Assembly: GCF_000743755.1 (NCBI RefSeq)
Contig: NW_014569478.1
Span: forward strand, 1 to 39,364
Length of the DNA: 39,364 nucleotides
Source of the DNA: Blastocystis sp. subtype 4
Taxonomy: Eukaryota
Direction: 5' to 3'
In this document: positions 22,248 through 36,236 of the stretch, piece after piece
How the letters are laid out: each line of letters opens with the position of its first letter
Position numbering within the stretch: position 1 is the first letter of the stretch
Notes under the pieces: generated by a model
The model's database searches: none
Told to the model about the DNA's origin: nothing
Seen by the model: only the letters and a program-made list of their open reading frames with translations
Translations under genes and position numbers: made by a program

Positions 22248-24361
22248 ATGGAACTCGTTCTCTATTGGAAGGGAGATCCATTCTACCTAAAGGTGTCGGA
22301 TAAATATGCCTTCCAACATCTGGCTATGGCATTTCTGGCAGTAATCTGATTTGAAATGGTCCTTATCGGTGTAGAAAAAGCCAAAGGGTCTAGCAGCTGG
22401 AAGTGTAGGTAGAATCCGGCTTTTACACAGAGGAGTGGAAATGGATTTTAATCAAGTCTTGTCTACATACAACTTCAAAGGAGACTATAATCTTACTGTA
22501 ATTGATTTGGAACGACCCAGCGAGTCTCCAGCTCTTCCTTCTACATCTCCTTCTTCACGTCAAACTGCAACAGCAGAAACTGTATGGATTGGGTGGTTTA
22601 GATGAGTTATATAGCGGATCCAACTATTCCTTGTAAATGTGATTTCAAATGTTATCTATAACCAATCTGTTTCGAGTTATTCTCTTGTCAGTCGTATCAT
22701 TGAGAATCTGCGAGTAGACGTTCCAGGAACCTCTAATCTTTTAGGCAACGTTGAATATCAATCACAATATAGCCCTTTTCAATGAGAATGGGATTCTTAT
22801 TCCTTCTCAGACTATTCAAGCTAATGGAGTGCAGGATGGAGATACTGTTGGTATATTATATGTTTAGGCTTGGTATATGGATTATATCTAGTATTCGTTA
22901 AGCGGACTTGAGATGCTCGATCTTCGAGATATTCAAATTATCGGTGCAACAAGGAAATCTCGATTTACTGATTTACTCCGAGTATCTGCAAGTGGTGTTA
23001 TTCATCGGCTTCTCCTTTCCTGTACATTTTCTTTGTGTTATATGATTTAGTTTCATTTCGTCAGTTATCTGATGTTCGTAGTGTTATAATGGCTCTCTCT
23101 AGTCACCCTGTTGTCTCCATCGTGATCGATCGTTTTCTTTATTGCTATCGGTAATATCTAGAATCGATTGATGGGATCGAACTTTTACCCGATGGAACAA
23201 GAGCCACGCAAATACAAGTCGTTCAACAGTTTCGTCAAATTCGTGTTTCTTGTACCTATCTGCGGCAGAAGTTACAATTAGGGAATGCAGTTCAACAGCT
23301 CCCTCTAGATGCATTTTTCTCCATGCTCCCTCAATTCAGTTTTTCGTTGCTTTCCACATTAGAGATATTGAATCCAACTCTTTCTGAAGCTGAACGACGC
23401 AATTTGACGTTTGTTCTTCAAGCTCATAATTTGCCGCTATATATACTAATTAACCGTGGGAACGACATGAGGATGTGAGTATAGACATTCCATTTACATC
23501 GATCTCTTCATATTTGGATCAAATTGCGTCTGTTCAGCAATCATCCCAACAATTAACACAATCATTACGTTTGGAGGTGGATGTGTGGAAGAAACAAACA
23601 GGAGAACAGGAGACAAAGTTACGCGAGTTAGTCGATGCAAATTTGGAGTTGAAATCAGAATTGACAAAGGAACAAGAGAACCGGAGACATGTCACTGAAG
23701 CTGAAGCGAAACGGAAATCTGAGTGTGAAACACTGATTGCTCAGATCGGGAATTTGAATGCTCAAGCAGTGAAGGAGATGGAACTGGTGAAGTCAAGAGA
23801 AGGAAGTGTGTCTACCTCCATAGCAACAGCTCTAACGACAACTGAACGTGTAACTCATGCAGTTCAGAGTATCCAGTCTGACTTCCAGCAACTGATGGCA
23901 GGTGGAGTGTTACAAGCTGGGAATTATGAATGGAGTGTGCGGAATATCACAGGTGCGGTGAATTTCGTGATTGGACAGTTATCAGAGTTGACACGAAGTC
24001 TTGAGGGAGGGGTAGGAATAAGGAGCAAGATAAAGAATAGAGAGAACAGTTGAACCAGCTCTCTAGTGGAGTTGTCTCGAATCTGCCGACCGCAGGAGTG
24101 ATTCCTACCGCTTCTTTACCACAGTCTACTCCCGCACCTCGTCCTAATTCAACTCTCCCTCTTTCTCCTGGGCGTCTTGCTCAACCTTCTGTGCCTCTTC
24201 CTCAGTCTTCTGTGCCTCTTCCTCAACCTTCTGTTCCTCTCACACAAGTACCCAAACCCATTCCTCAACAAGCTCCCTATCCCATTCAACCAAAGATAAA
24301 GCGAAATCGTCGATCTCGCTTTGATATAGGTCCAGAAGTATCATTGAAACGAAGGCGGTGA
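22248..24361 (+). CDS. Hypothetical protein: putative N-terminal ubiquitin-like domain(s), coiled coil and Pro-rich tail (could be two genes)
   Basis: IRLLHRGVEMDFNQVLSTYNFKGDYNLTVID and LIPSQTIQANGVQDGDTV look Ubl-like. Coiled-coil ORF 23475-24053; tail RRSRFDIGPE. Many short introns, so the model is uncertain. Confidence 0.45.
24181..24240 (+). repeat. 21-nt coding tandem repeat, about 3 copies (QPSVPLP)
   Basis: tcaaccttctgtgcctcttcc / tcagtcttctgtgcctcttcc / tcaaccttctgttcctct. Confidence 0.85.
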
Positions 24362-24372
24362 AACATTTTGTT

Positions 24373-24380
24373 AACAAACA
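24373..24380 (-). promoter_or_regulatory. TGTTTGTT polyadenylation motif (galactokinase 3' end)
   Basis: Exact motif, 4 nt after the in-frame T at 24385. Confidence 0.85.
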
Positions 24381-24384
24381 CTAC

Positions 24385-25760
24385 AATCCATATGGTGTAC
24401 ACAGGCTCCTGCTCCTGCCTCCTTAATAATCATTACATCACAACTATTCTCCTTGTGGAGACGCTCATTACACTTCTGTTGAATAATCGGAATCAATTCT
24501 TGTTCCATTCCCTTCTTTACAATACACAATACAGAACCACCCCAACCTCCTCCAATCATTCGACCTCCATATACACCTCCATCCAGACCAATCTCCTTCA
24601 ATACATCAATGCATGCAGTGATATCAGGATGATCATTCTTGAAGTACTTCACACTATCATCATATGATTCAAAGAACAGTTCACCAATTGTCTTCCAGTC
24701 TGCCTTCACGATGAGATCGGCATAACGCAATGTACGTTCAGTTTCACGAATCATCTACACCTTAACAACACTCTCCTTATCATACATGGAAACATCGCTT
24801 GTACACATCCACACTCATCTGATCCTTCACTCCTTCCAGCATTTCCATTGTCACCCCTCGACAAAGGGCCTTCACAGGTTCCTTTCCATCGATATTATAC
24901 TTGGCTTTCAGGATTCTTTCTCCTTCATTACTCTCTCGGACTCGATCTGCAAATGCTGAGTTCACTAGCTTGTGTTCCACATGAACATAAAGTTTCAACA
25001 GAGTTACTGGCCACTCACAGACTTCACTATTTGGATCCTGAACAGGATTGATAGGATAATCCTTCATATCCAGAGAGATACAATCAATAAGAGAAACATG
25101 CCCATATTTCCCACATGCAGAAATCATTTGATCCATTACACCACATGGCATCTGAACATACTCGTGTTCTGCATGATAGCTACGCATTGCTCGATCCTTT
25201 GGATCCAAATCAATTCCCAAGCATTGTTCTATGAAGAGGGCACAAGAGAGCTATGAGTAATCCACCTGATCTGCTCCCTACTTCAACTGCTGCACTACTA
25301 CTAATGCCTCCACCGATTGTGACATTCGAGACAAACACCATATCAAAACCCAGTTGACCATTTTCCATTTCAGGAAGGTAGAAATGACATAATCCCTACC
25401 ATGAATATATGGACGAATTCATACCTTATAGTAGTTCGCCCATTCTCCCTTTGGACCTCGTACAAGATCCTTATCGCAATCAAACTCAATTATTTCGTCA
25501 AAATACTCAGAGTATACACGGCAGTGCTAAACATAATCTTCAACTGGCATCATTACCTTTCCCTCAACTTTTCTTCCAGCAGCTACACCTCGGAGTACGG
25601 TGGCAAATGGTAACACATATCCACCCATGTAATCACAATGCTCTCCTCCGAAATTGAGTCGACCAGGTGCAGATGTGACAATCTCTGGTTGTCCTCCAAA
25701 TACCCTTGTATAAACGCCAATAGCATGAGGAACAAGATCCTTAACAGGAATATCAGTCAT
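24385..25760 (-). CDS. GALK: Galactokinase (GHMP kinase), multi-exon
   Basis: APGRLNFGGEHCDY, GGGISSSAA, EHEYVQMPCGVMDQ, GGRMIGGGWGG. Ends GAT T|GTAG TGTTTGTT AA, giving a poly(A)-made stop at 24385; the genomic TAA is at 24371-24373. Confidence 0.93.
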
Positions 25761-26003
25761 TGAGAAGAATTATAATGATGGATTATTCTGCGTCATTTGG
25801 CATGTCATTTTGCTAACAACCATTGTCCCCCTTTGATCCATTTCTTTCTTATTTTTTCGTAACAATCACTATTTGTTTAATGAATCCTTGTTTTAAATCT
25901 ATTTCACAAAAAACACAAATGGGGGTCTTCAACAACACAAATGGAAGTTTATAACAAACAACATAATAAGTACAATAAATCACGCAAAAAACAATAAATT
26001 ACC

Positions 26004-27187
26004 TTACGAAGGATTCGGTCGTTCTTCTCCTTCTTCCTACAAATCACTCTATCTCTTTACAATTACATTCACAGGTCGGGCTATCGTCATTTCAACATTG
26101 CCATTAACAGGTGTATACCCTCGAGGACCTTCCATCACATTCACACCCATGTTTACACCAACAGGGAGTGGCATTTGATTTATCGAATTCACGGGAATCG
26201 ACGCCATATTATTGAGGTTGATTTGAGGGATATTCATACTCATACTATTCATTGGCAGACTCATTCTCTGCTGGTTCTCAACTTCACGCCCTGAAATCAT
26301 AGCAGCAGGAACTGCATTTGTCATCTGACCCATATGTTGCATCACAGGAACTCCTTCGTAAGGAATTGGCATACTGTTCATGCCTAACATATTTCCCATT
26401 GTCGGAATCGTCGCCATGCTTCCAATATCCGCCATTGATACTGTACCCGCACTTGGAAGTACCTGATCCATCACCAGATGCGTATCGGGAAGGCCTCCAT
26501 GCAATCCATATACAGACAGGGCAACATCCACATCATCTTCATCTTCATAGCGACACTCACCACTTAATAGTTTCTTCCGAAGTGCTTCTTTGGAGGCTTT
26601 GTTTCGAAGCAGTTCGTTTGCCGAACGGCGGATGAACGAGAGATTGTCATCACTAACTTCGGACGAAGGCTTCTTATAGAAGTACATGCAACATTTGTCA
26701 ATCAACTCGTTGAAACGAACTGACTTCATGATAGATTCGTTCTGCATCACTAACCAATCCGCCACTGCCTGACGTTCCTCCTCACTTGTATTACGTATAT
26801 GCTTCATTAAAACTCTCTATCGTATAATCCATTGACAATAGGACAAACTTTAACAGCCTGTGTGTTGACCAGCTCAACAGAAACTGCGATTCCAAGATCC
26901 TTACTGAGACTCTTAATCGCACGATCCATATGATCTCCATAACTTGTAGGGTACAAGATTCCATTATGATACTTCCGATACTGGTCAGAAAGGGCATCTA
27001 CGTTATCTACACAATCATCACCTTATCCATAGACATCACCTTTCTCAAGCTCGTACGGCAACAAGTTGTCCACTTCACTGGTTATACCCTCAAGAGTATT
27101 GATCGCAATAACGCCGTAGAGTTTGGCACGCATAATGTGGAGGTACATTCGCTTTGTTTCCTCGCGTTGTCGTTCCTGGGCATCCAT
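26004..27187 (-). CDS. Hypothetical protein with Met/Asn/Pro-rich low-complexity C-terminus, multi-exon
   Basis: ATG at 27187 (MDAQERQREETK), introns join ORF 26049-26807, last short exon ends at TAA 26004-26006. TGTTTGTT at 25953-25960 (-). Confidence 0.6.
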
Positions 27188-27281
27188 TTCAAGTTTGAAA
27201 TCTTGTGGCTATTTAAAACCGTGGTTCTTTATTCCATTCTGCCGTTTTGATGGCTTTTTGAAAGAAAAAGCATTTGGGATT

Positions 27282-27289
27282 AACAAACA
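27282..27289 (-). promoter_or_regulatory. TGTTTGTT polyadenylation motif (hypothetical gene 3' end)
   Basis: Exact motif, 4 nt after the in-frame T at 27294. Confidence 0.8.
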
Positions 27290-27293
27290 TTGA

Positions 27294-28583
27294 ATTTGAG
27301 GTTGCTGACCTTTTCTTTCATCTGGGAGAGAAATCCGCTTTCATTGTCTAATGGCGTAAACGATTCCTTTCGTAGTGAGTGAAGCATTCTACGGTTAATC
27401 GGATGAAAGCAGCTCAACAGATCAAATTTCAAGTCTCCTTGATCGAGTTCGGTGGAGTGAGGTTCTGAAACTGTTATAATTTGATCTCTACAAGCCATTC
27501 TACACAAGAGACCAGCAAAAGTGGATTCTTTGGAGGGGACTAGAATGAAGGTTTCTTTTAATCCAATCTCTAGGGATTAACGAACCTTGGGATGGTAACT
27601 TCCATTGAAACATGAAAGGAGAAGACATGATGCCGTTGAAGACAGAAAACGAAGGAGCGAAATCCATCGACTTGCATTCGCTGTGTCTTGGAGCTGGGCC
27701 ATGCAAATCCAGAGAGGTAGAACAAGAGATAGATCAACTGCTGATTGCATGAGAACACATTGAACAGTAAACGATGCTGTTCCTGGATGAACGAATGAAG
27801 AGGATGAAATTGGAACAAAAGGACGTTCCAATACATATGCTGGTTGGAAAAGGATGGCAATAGAGTACTCAGGAGCATGAAGAAATTGAATGGTTGACGT
27901 GTGTTTCGTGTATGAATCGATTAGCCAAGAATGGATTCTTTACCTCATTTCGGGATCCACCTCCTACAATCGATCGATTTCGAGTTCTGTGCAACAGACA
28001 TACGTGATTTGTGGATCCGTTGGGGTAGGGTTCGAACGAAGTTCCTGAATACATGCCACTTTACAGAGTGAAACGTGAACAGCAGATGTGTCAACCATCT
28101 GCAAGACTTGTTGAGGGGATATAGATGCTACTGGATCGAACTGGATGTAGTACAGAACCATATCGTTCACTTTCTCATACAATAAGAGTGAAGACATGGT
28201 AGATGAAATCGTATACGTTGGAGTAGAAACAGAGGACTGGTTTTGTTCAGGGATTGTTCGTAGTGTAGTGGTAATGGATTGAAGAGTTGTTTTTGATAAT
28301 GCAGTGGGTCGAAGAAGGACCGTAGATCTAATTTTCAGTAGTAATTACAACTATACGTGATAGGTGACTTGACAATAACAGCAATTCGCTTATGCTGTGT
28401 GTCTTGAATACAGAATTTGTATAGCACTAGATATGAGAACCTTGTTTCTTCCATTCCATAGTTGATGAGTGCTTGGGAGATGAGTTGTCGGAATCGCAAC
28501 TGACTTTCACTAGAACTGGTGGCTTCAGAAGTATCAAGCACCTAAAGCTCATTCGAGAAGAGTATAGTAACGATAAGAATCAT
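27294..28583 (-). CDS. Hypothetical protein, N-terminus vWA-like (MILIVLDTS), multi-exon
   Basis: ATG at 28583 plus a 30-nt intron gives MILIVLDTSEATSS. The last exon ends AAA T|TCAA TGTTTGTT AA. Internal exons are uncertain. Confidence 0.5.
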
Positions 28584-28655
28584 TTGTTCAGAATACAAAG
28601 TTGGAGGGAACAAACAATAACTAGTATTTGTCCAAAAGAACACAATGGAGCCTTT

Positions 28656-29326
28656 TTATTCCTCAGGAACCTCAATCTCACCGTTATCGATCTTCTCAAT
28701 GATGGCAGAAGGATGCTCTCCATTCACAGTGCAGCCCACAGAATAACAAGTTCCCAACACCTCCTTCACAGTTCCAGCAAGCTTGTTAGCATAAGAACGC
28801 TCACGGAGAATCTTAGCTACCTTGATCACTTGATCAAGAGTGATGTTTCCACTGTGCTTAACTAATCATCAATTAACTCCATTCACTCTCTACTGTTCTT
28901 GTCCTTCTTACGATCTCTGGGGGGCTCGTTCAGCTCACGAATGATCAGAGAAGAAGCACTAGGAACAACTTCCACCTGCACATTATTGGAATCAATTCAC
29001 ACATTACAGTAGCCTGACGGTTCACCACAGTCAGCTTCACAGTGATCTTCAGACCTTTCCAATCCATAGTGGCCTTCTGGATATCATCACCAACCTTCTT
29101 AGGAGCCTAAACGATTACCTTGCTTGTCGTTATCAAATACCATTCCCAGAGGACCAACCTTAGGAGCCAGAGTGGCAGGAGAAGCACTTTCTCCACCAAC
29201 AGCACGCAGATAAACTAGAATGTGGTTAGTTCCCTATTCTCACAGAAAACAACAGATCACATATCAAAACAACTCTAAACTTCACCTACTAATAGTTGCA
29301 GGGCCAGCAGGAGCAGGGGGAGCCAT
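28656..29326 (-). CDS. RPL12: 60S ribosomal protein L12 (uL11)
   Basis: [75 protein letters not shown]. First intron 29215-29289; TAA at 28656-28658. Confidence 0.96.
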
Positions 29327-29523
29327 TTCCGATTCTACTTTGTTGTATTGGACAAATCTGAAGAAACCAAAAAGAATCAATGAAACGCCTATCCAGGGGA
29401 TTGGGTTTTGTTGTTGGTGAGATTGGGGAAACCAATTATCCTTACCCCAGTCTCTATTCATTTCGAGTCAAAGTTGACCTAACAAACATTATTCTCCACC
29501 AAAAATTGAAAAGAGATCTATCA

Positions 29524-31320
29524 CTAACCAAACAAGCAGTGATAGATGTTACGACTTAATGCAGAACCGATCGGATTCTTCCCATTTTTATCACACAGAT
29601 TCTTCAGCAGTTCTTCTTTCTGCTGTACCGTTGAAAGCGACTCATAGACTTTCAACAAACTGGCGAATGTAGGATACTTGGAGACGATGGCTTCCACCTT
29701 GGCTACCGTACACCGAGGAATCTGCTAATAAATATGAAGAGACTTCCTACTTGTCTCAGCTGTCTACACCAAAGATGCCTCAAATCCATCTCGCGTGTTT
29801 TTGCATAGCAATTTTGGAAATCATCAAACGACAATTTCTGTGGATGAAAGCAAGTCCTACAATTCATTCAAGGTTTGACTTGTACGTATCTCCACTCTCA
29901 AAGTATCGATGAACACTAGCTATCACTTGGTCATGTAAACCCTTCAGAAACACAACAGTATCATCAATTGAAGTACTCATGTATACATACAGATCACGAC
30001 AAATAAATGTGGTCACGATCCCACTCTGTAAACTCTCTCCCGACATAACATCTTGAGAACGCACATCCCCTTCAATCAGATAGACAGGATGTCGACACCC
30101 GCACTGGAGTAAGCGATACTGTTGTTCATTGAAACGCCCATCAATGATACTCTGAGCTAAATCCCGAGTATTCTTGCGTTCTACAATAGTGGTTAACATG
30201 ATCTCTCTGTTAGTTGATGTATGTCGTAGGATCCACTGCATGTCTCCTAGAGCCAGAGGTCGTTTCTCACACATCACACCCACTTGATGAAGCTGATTAT
30301 GCAGGAACGACCGATCTTGAAGTGTTCGCACTTCGCGTGTATCCAATAACATTACCACTTCCCAATCCTTTTCCACCCCAGGAATGGGAGTAAAGTCAGG
30401 GAGAGGAGAATCATCATCTTTACGTTCTCCTATGTGCTCACCAAAACGAAGATTAGAAGGTTGAACCGATAATGGCCAGATCAGACGAGGTAATGAAAGA
30501 GAAACTTGAGGAGTTGAAGAAGAATATGCTGACTGAACTTGTTTTGGAGAGGATGGAGTAGGAGAAGTGACATCAGTAAAGAGTTCATTTAATTGATCTA
30601 AAAGACATTCCTGCATACATGTTTCGATGTCTGGATAATCAATCCGACTCTCCTCAAACAGCATCCCTCCTAATAAACGACCTGAATCAGTAAGTCCCAT
30701 GGTATCTCCTTCTTGCCATATCAACCCTTTAGAGCACAGAATTCGTAGTGTATCTCGAAACTTACGATAGAGGAGATTTGTTTTTGAAATGACCATAATT
30801 TCCTGTAAAACATGATCTTGTAACACTGATTTACTCTTTTCTGTACATGTACATTTCACTGTAGCCAACAGAATCAAATGGGCAGCTATAATCACATTGA
30901 ACAACCACATTTACGTCCTCCAGACCGTGGAACATAATTACAGATATCAGTTTTTTTCAGAGGACGTGGATTCACTTCTGCCTCCAATTCGCTTGATACT
31001 AGATATTATCTCACCAACTTTGATTACGAGGAGTTACATTCAGGAGATCTTCCTTTCGAAGATAATACTCGATTCTAGAGGCAATGTAATCACCGACGCC
31101 CTTCAGTTTGATCGCATCTTCCTTGCAACGAATCGGAAAGGGACATCTATACTTCAGTTTGCCGCACTTCTCACTACTCTCTTACAGATCGAATTGCTCG
31201 ACGAAATGTCATAGCTAAACGATCCTTCTGGGACTCCATATGCATTGTTTCCTCTCCTTGTAGTTTTTCCACCAGCATCTTGTTTGCTTTACATTGAAGA
31301 GTATTCCTTTGTGGTGGCAT
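29524..31320 (-). CDS. MUS81: Crossover junction endonuclease MUS81, multi-exon
   Basis: N-terminal HhH (AIKLKGVGDYIA), winged-helix-like segment, ERCC4 nuclease LLDTRE..LALGDMQW..VERKNTRDLAQSIIDGRFNEQ..YLIEG, C-terminal IGSALSRNIY. Confidence 0.93.
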
Positions 31321-31466
31321 ACTGAATCGAATGGATTCAGTATTGTTAGATTTCGGACAAATAGGAAACAAGAAATATGATTAACTTACAACCGCGGGAA
31401 TTGGATACTGTTAGCAAAGAGATGTAAACATTGTCTTGTCCCCTAAATCATTGATTTGAATACCTA

Positions 31467-34400
31467 ATGACAGAAAGGGACCAGGACTCTCTTATTGAAG
31501 AAATCTACAGTGTCATTGACAATCTGGACTATGAACAGAGGAATTCGTCAATGATAAGTGGTTCTTGTGACTTTATTTTGAAACATATCGATCTGTTAGT
31601 CGATAATAGCAAATATGAGATTCTTGGTTCTGCAAACTTGTACGCAACGTAGTTTGGTTTCATTAACCATTTAGAAATGTCACAAAGATGAGCGAGAAAG
31701 AAATCACAAAGAGAGTTAAGGAATCGGTCGTTCGTTTCCATTGTGTGAATCGGCTTATTGATGTTTGTAATTCTCATTTGGATTTAATTATAGATATTCC
31801 TTTCACATATTCATCGAGAGCAGGAAGACTCTATGTTGATTCGACACTTGAAAGCGGTATTGTCGACTCTATTTCAACAAAATTACATTCAAAGTGCTTT
31901 AGATACAATCTGTGATCAAGGATCGAAGTTTAAAGACTTGAAGGCAGAACATCGTGTTCTAGCTATGCAAATACTTCAAGAATCTGCCTATTCGTTAGTA
32001 TCTGCATTTACTCTTGCTCGGGTTCGAATATAAAGGAGACTTGATGCATAGAGTAAGGAATCCGTCCTGTTTGCTGTTTCAGATACTGTGAAACGGTTGC
32101 AGTCTGCAGATGGTATCTCTCTCTTACCAATTATCAGTATTCTCTACTGTTCGATCCTTCGTGTGTTATTGTTTCCCAGTTCATTCAATACAGATATTGA
32201 GGTGATTCATACTCCTTTCTTTTCTGAGAGCGAATTGGAACAGATGACCACCAAAGCACAGAATCAAAACGATAAGTTCTTCCTTTTTGCAGTGGGTGTG
32301 AGTAGTTTGTCAATGAACAGTCCACAACACGGTGATCACAGCCATGTGTTTGCAGATGCTGTATATGACGTACTGTTGTCTACACACTGTTACTTCTAGT
32401 GTCTCTTCACACAACAGCTCTCGCAAATTGGCGTCTTCTCTGCATCCCTCACCTATCTCACTCTCTCTCCTATTTCCCAACAGCACTGTCAGCAGACACT
32501 TTGGACCCTTCTTCAAGCTTTCATCACATCGTACCTCTTCCATCGCTTTCCTTTCTATTCCCAGAGACAGATCCAGGAACGGAGTGAGCAGCAAGGACGA
32601 GCCATTGCTACCGAACAGCTTCCAGATGGCTATGAATCACTTTGTAAGACGCTTTCAACTGTTATAGGATCGCTTAAAGTACCTCCTTCCTGCAATCCAT
32701 CCTCGCCTACGTTTAATTCTGTTCTACAACAGCTTCTCTCATTCTTATTGGATTGTCTTCATACGTTACCTCTGCTCTTTGACGATGTCCTTTCTCTGAT
32801 GGCTTCTCTTGCTCTCTCGTCCCATGATAACGCTGAAGGTGTATTCATTCTCCTTCGTGACTTCAATAGTCCTGAGGCCTCTTGGCAGGTGTTCGCCAAT
32901 GCTCTCCATCAAGCTGTTGTTACCTTCCGACAACTGAAGTCTGGTCAGAAGGTGTTGGATGAGGACTACTCCGGTCTTACAGCCGTACTCTTGTTGTATG
33001 CTGCTGTACTCACGAGCCCTATGGTACGTTCTGTTTTCCTCACTGACTCTTCCCTCGATCTCCTCGCATCCTGTTTGCAACTTCTTCCTTTGCCACTATC
33101 CCTGCGACTTACAGCTGCTGTGTGTTCAGTTCTAGCAGCTTGTTCTGAAGAGCGATCTTGTGCACAGACCGTGTGGCAACAGATGGATAGTGGATGTTGT
33201 GTGTATGCATCAAAACTACAAGGAGCGATCTGTGGCGTGATACTCCCTCAAGCAGGCCTCCAACTTGCTTTGGATCGTGAAGAATCCATTCAGAAAGCGT
33301 ATCCTCTCACAGGGTCATTTTTGAAGTTACTTCTGACACTGTTAAGACATATTGATCCGTATGTGTTACTAACCAGTCGAAGCTTATTCCCATATCTTTC
33401 GTTCTGTGTTCAAGATGTCTTTATCAAAGCAGCTACACGGGAATATACACAGGAAGAAGAGTTGTATGAGCTTCAGGGTCTGTGTGTGAGTGTGATAACC
33501 ACTTGTGTCAATTTTCTCCTTACGGATAATCCTGCTATGAAGGATACATGTATTCATGCTCTTGTTGTTGAACTCCTCTCTGGATCTCCTCTTACAAATG
33601 CTGTTCTCAATCTTCATCTCCTCACTCTCTCATCGTGGCCTCATTCCTATCCTCAGATCCCTCTTCTCTCTCCTCCAGGACAGTCATCTTGGCAGGCATA
33701 TACTATTCAGCTTGCTGCTGAACTCATTCGTACTCTTCTTTCCTTTACCTCTGCTCGTATTCAGTCCTTAGACCTTGTTCGAGCAGCTCCAGGACAACGT
33801 ATACTCGTCCAACCTCTGGCTCAACAATTATTAGCAAATCCAGTACCAACGGTGCGAATGCTATTACGACTGGGTGATGGATCTCACCCTTCATTACAAC
33901 AAACAACACTTCATATTCTATCTCAGATTGCTTCTCAAGTATCTTCAGCTACTTTAGTTTCGTTCTTTGGATCCAATCCTAATGAGGTTCGTCTCATGGT
34001 TGATGCTTGTGCGTTGATTCTCCGTGATGCCATGACACATGAGGATGACACTAATGATCAACCAGCTCTTACTTTGCTGGAGACCTTACTTATTCAAGCA
34101 TCCACCTCTTCACCTTCACTTACTTCGTTATTACTCTGTCTCCCAGCAGCCAATGAAGCAGTAGAACTGGTGAATGATGGTCTCTTGGATTCTATTTTCT
34201 CCTTATTGGCCTCTCCAAGCATGATTTTATGCCATACAGAGCTTGCTATGAAAGCAGTCCAATTACTTCATATTCTCTGCATTACTCCAAGTGAATGGAG
34301 TTCATGGATCCAGTCTATGTTGATAACACGTGAATCATGCGTTGTCTTGCTTTCCTTACTGCCATACTTCCTATCCTGTTACAATGCGAACTCTTTTGAT

Positions 34401-36236
34401 ACTCAAACAGGAACGGTTCTTCTTACTGAGGCTCATCGACAGGCCTTTCTTCATCTCCTTGCAGCTTCAGCTCGCCTAGTATCTGGTCTTCTATTTGTAT
34501 TCCATCGTGTTGGAGAGAACAAAGGGTTAACATTTCTATTGAAGGCAGTCACACAATATGATCAACGAGTTGAACGATACCTTCAAGTCCGATCTGATTC
34601 GGGTTCGCCTCTGTTGGATACTCTTGTACGGATTCCTCAATTGATGCAAGGCAAACCTTCGTTGTCTCCTTCACTGCAAGCTTGTTGTGTTGGTCTGGAG
34701 GAACATAGGATAATTCAAGGACAAGACGTTATTTGTGTGAAACGAAGTGAGATTGAAGAAGCAGCACGACGATACTGTGAAGAGCACGAGATAATGGATG
34801 TAGTGGAATTCACCCGACAGACTGTGAATGAATGTGATCAGGTGAGGAATAGATAGGATAATGATACGTAGTATAATGAGGCTGTATTGAAGCAAGCATG
34901 GGATATCGATATGTTTGGTGCTCTATTGACTGTACTTCAAGTTACAGTGGTAGATTGTTATGATTCTCTCTCTCTTCTTCCTCTCTACAAGGATGCTACT
35001 GACTCTTTCCTGTTAGCAGTCCTGCACTCGCTTCTTCAGATCCTTGTGGCACTACATTCTGATCAAGAGACACTCACTCAGCAGATTGGATGGGTAAGTA
35101 TTTCCATCATCACCACACTGCAGCAACATGGAGCTCAGCAGACTGATACTGGAAATCAAGGTGATCTTATGAAGTTGCTCACAGAAGCCATTCTTCGTGA
35201 GAATGTCCCTGGTAAAGCGGCAGCCACACGTCGGAAGACACTCTACATCATCATTCTCCGTCTAATCTGGTATTCATCTTCATTGCATCTGACCTCTAGT
35301 TATCTACAGAATAAGATGCATCTCAGTCACATTCTTGCTCCTGTCCAGGCATCAATGCCCTATCTAGTTGTGACATTGGCACATGATGTATCCAATCAGG
35401 ATCTCACTTGTCGATCTGCAGCTACACCTCTCCTTGCTCTTTTGATTCGGTCGGATAAGGCAGGCAGTATGATTCAATTGCTTCTTCAGCAAGGTGACCT
35501 CATACTAGCCCTCCTCTCTCTTCTTCAGTCTGTCGATTTGACCCTCTTTGAGGATTCAGCACAACAACAACGTCTGGCAGTACGGCAACTATTGAGTCTC
35601 CTTACCGACATCGCTACTTCTCAGGCGGGAGCTGTAGCTCTCCTTTCTATGTCTATCTTTGGTGCTCTTATCCACTGTCCTCTTCTTCTAGCCTTGCGAG
35701 ATCAGTTTCAGACTCTGGTTCCTGTTTCTCTTCCGCCTCAACACAAGGATATTCTGCGGTCGATTCTTCATCAGTTCCTTCAATTAGCACTGTGCCTTCA
35801 TCATGCAGTCGAATCTATTCGATCTGTACAAGCTGAATTGACTGCCTTTGTCCAAGCTCTAATTCCGTTGTCTTCGTTGTTCTTCAAGGACCGAGAAGGA
35901 GATCAAGAATTGGCAGTTGATACTCTTGGACTATATCTGGGAGTATTAGTATTGTTAGCTGAGAATCGTGAGCAGTTCAGTAAGGCAATGCAAGGATATG
36001 AGAGTATATTGAAGACTGAAGTCATTAGTCTTTTAAATTACGTTAGCAAGCAAGATAATTGTCAATTCATCTGTCAGCAGGTTACAAGTGGATCGAAGTT
36101 ATCTCGTGATTTATTGAAGAAATCAAAACAGGAAACACTCTATTTGATAGCTGTGGAGAATGGAATGTTGTTTATGAGTAAGATGGGGTGGAAGATTGGT
36201 GATGAATACATACGAGCATTTGGAGTGAAAGAGTGA
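31467..36236 (+). CDS. NUP205: Nucleoporin Nup205/Nup192-like alpha-solenoid, multi-exon
   Basis: Long Leu-rich helical ORFs. The segment LDREESIQKAYPLTGSFLKLL..FPYLSFCVQDVFIKAATREY..EELYEL resembles the conserved Nup205 block (E..YPLTRAF..PYLQFL..VF..RAY..EKW), recalled from memory. Confidence 0.7.
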
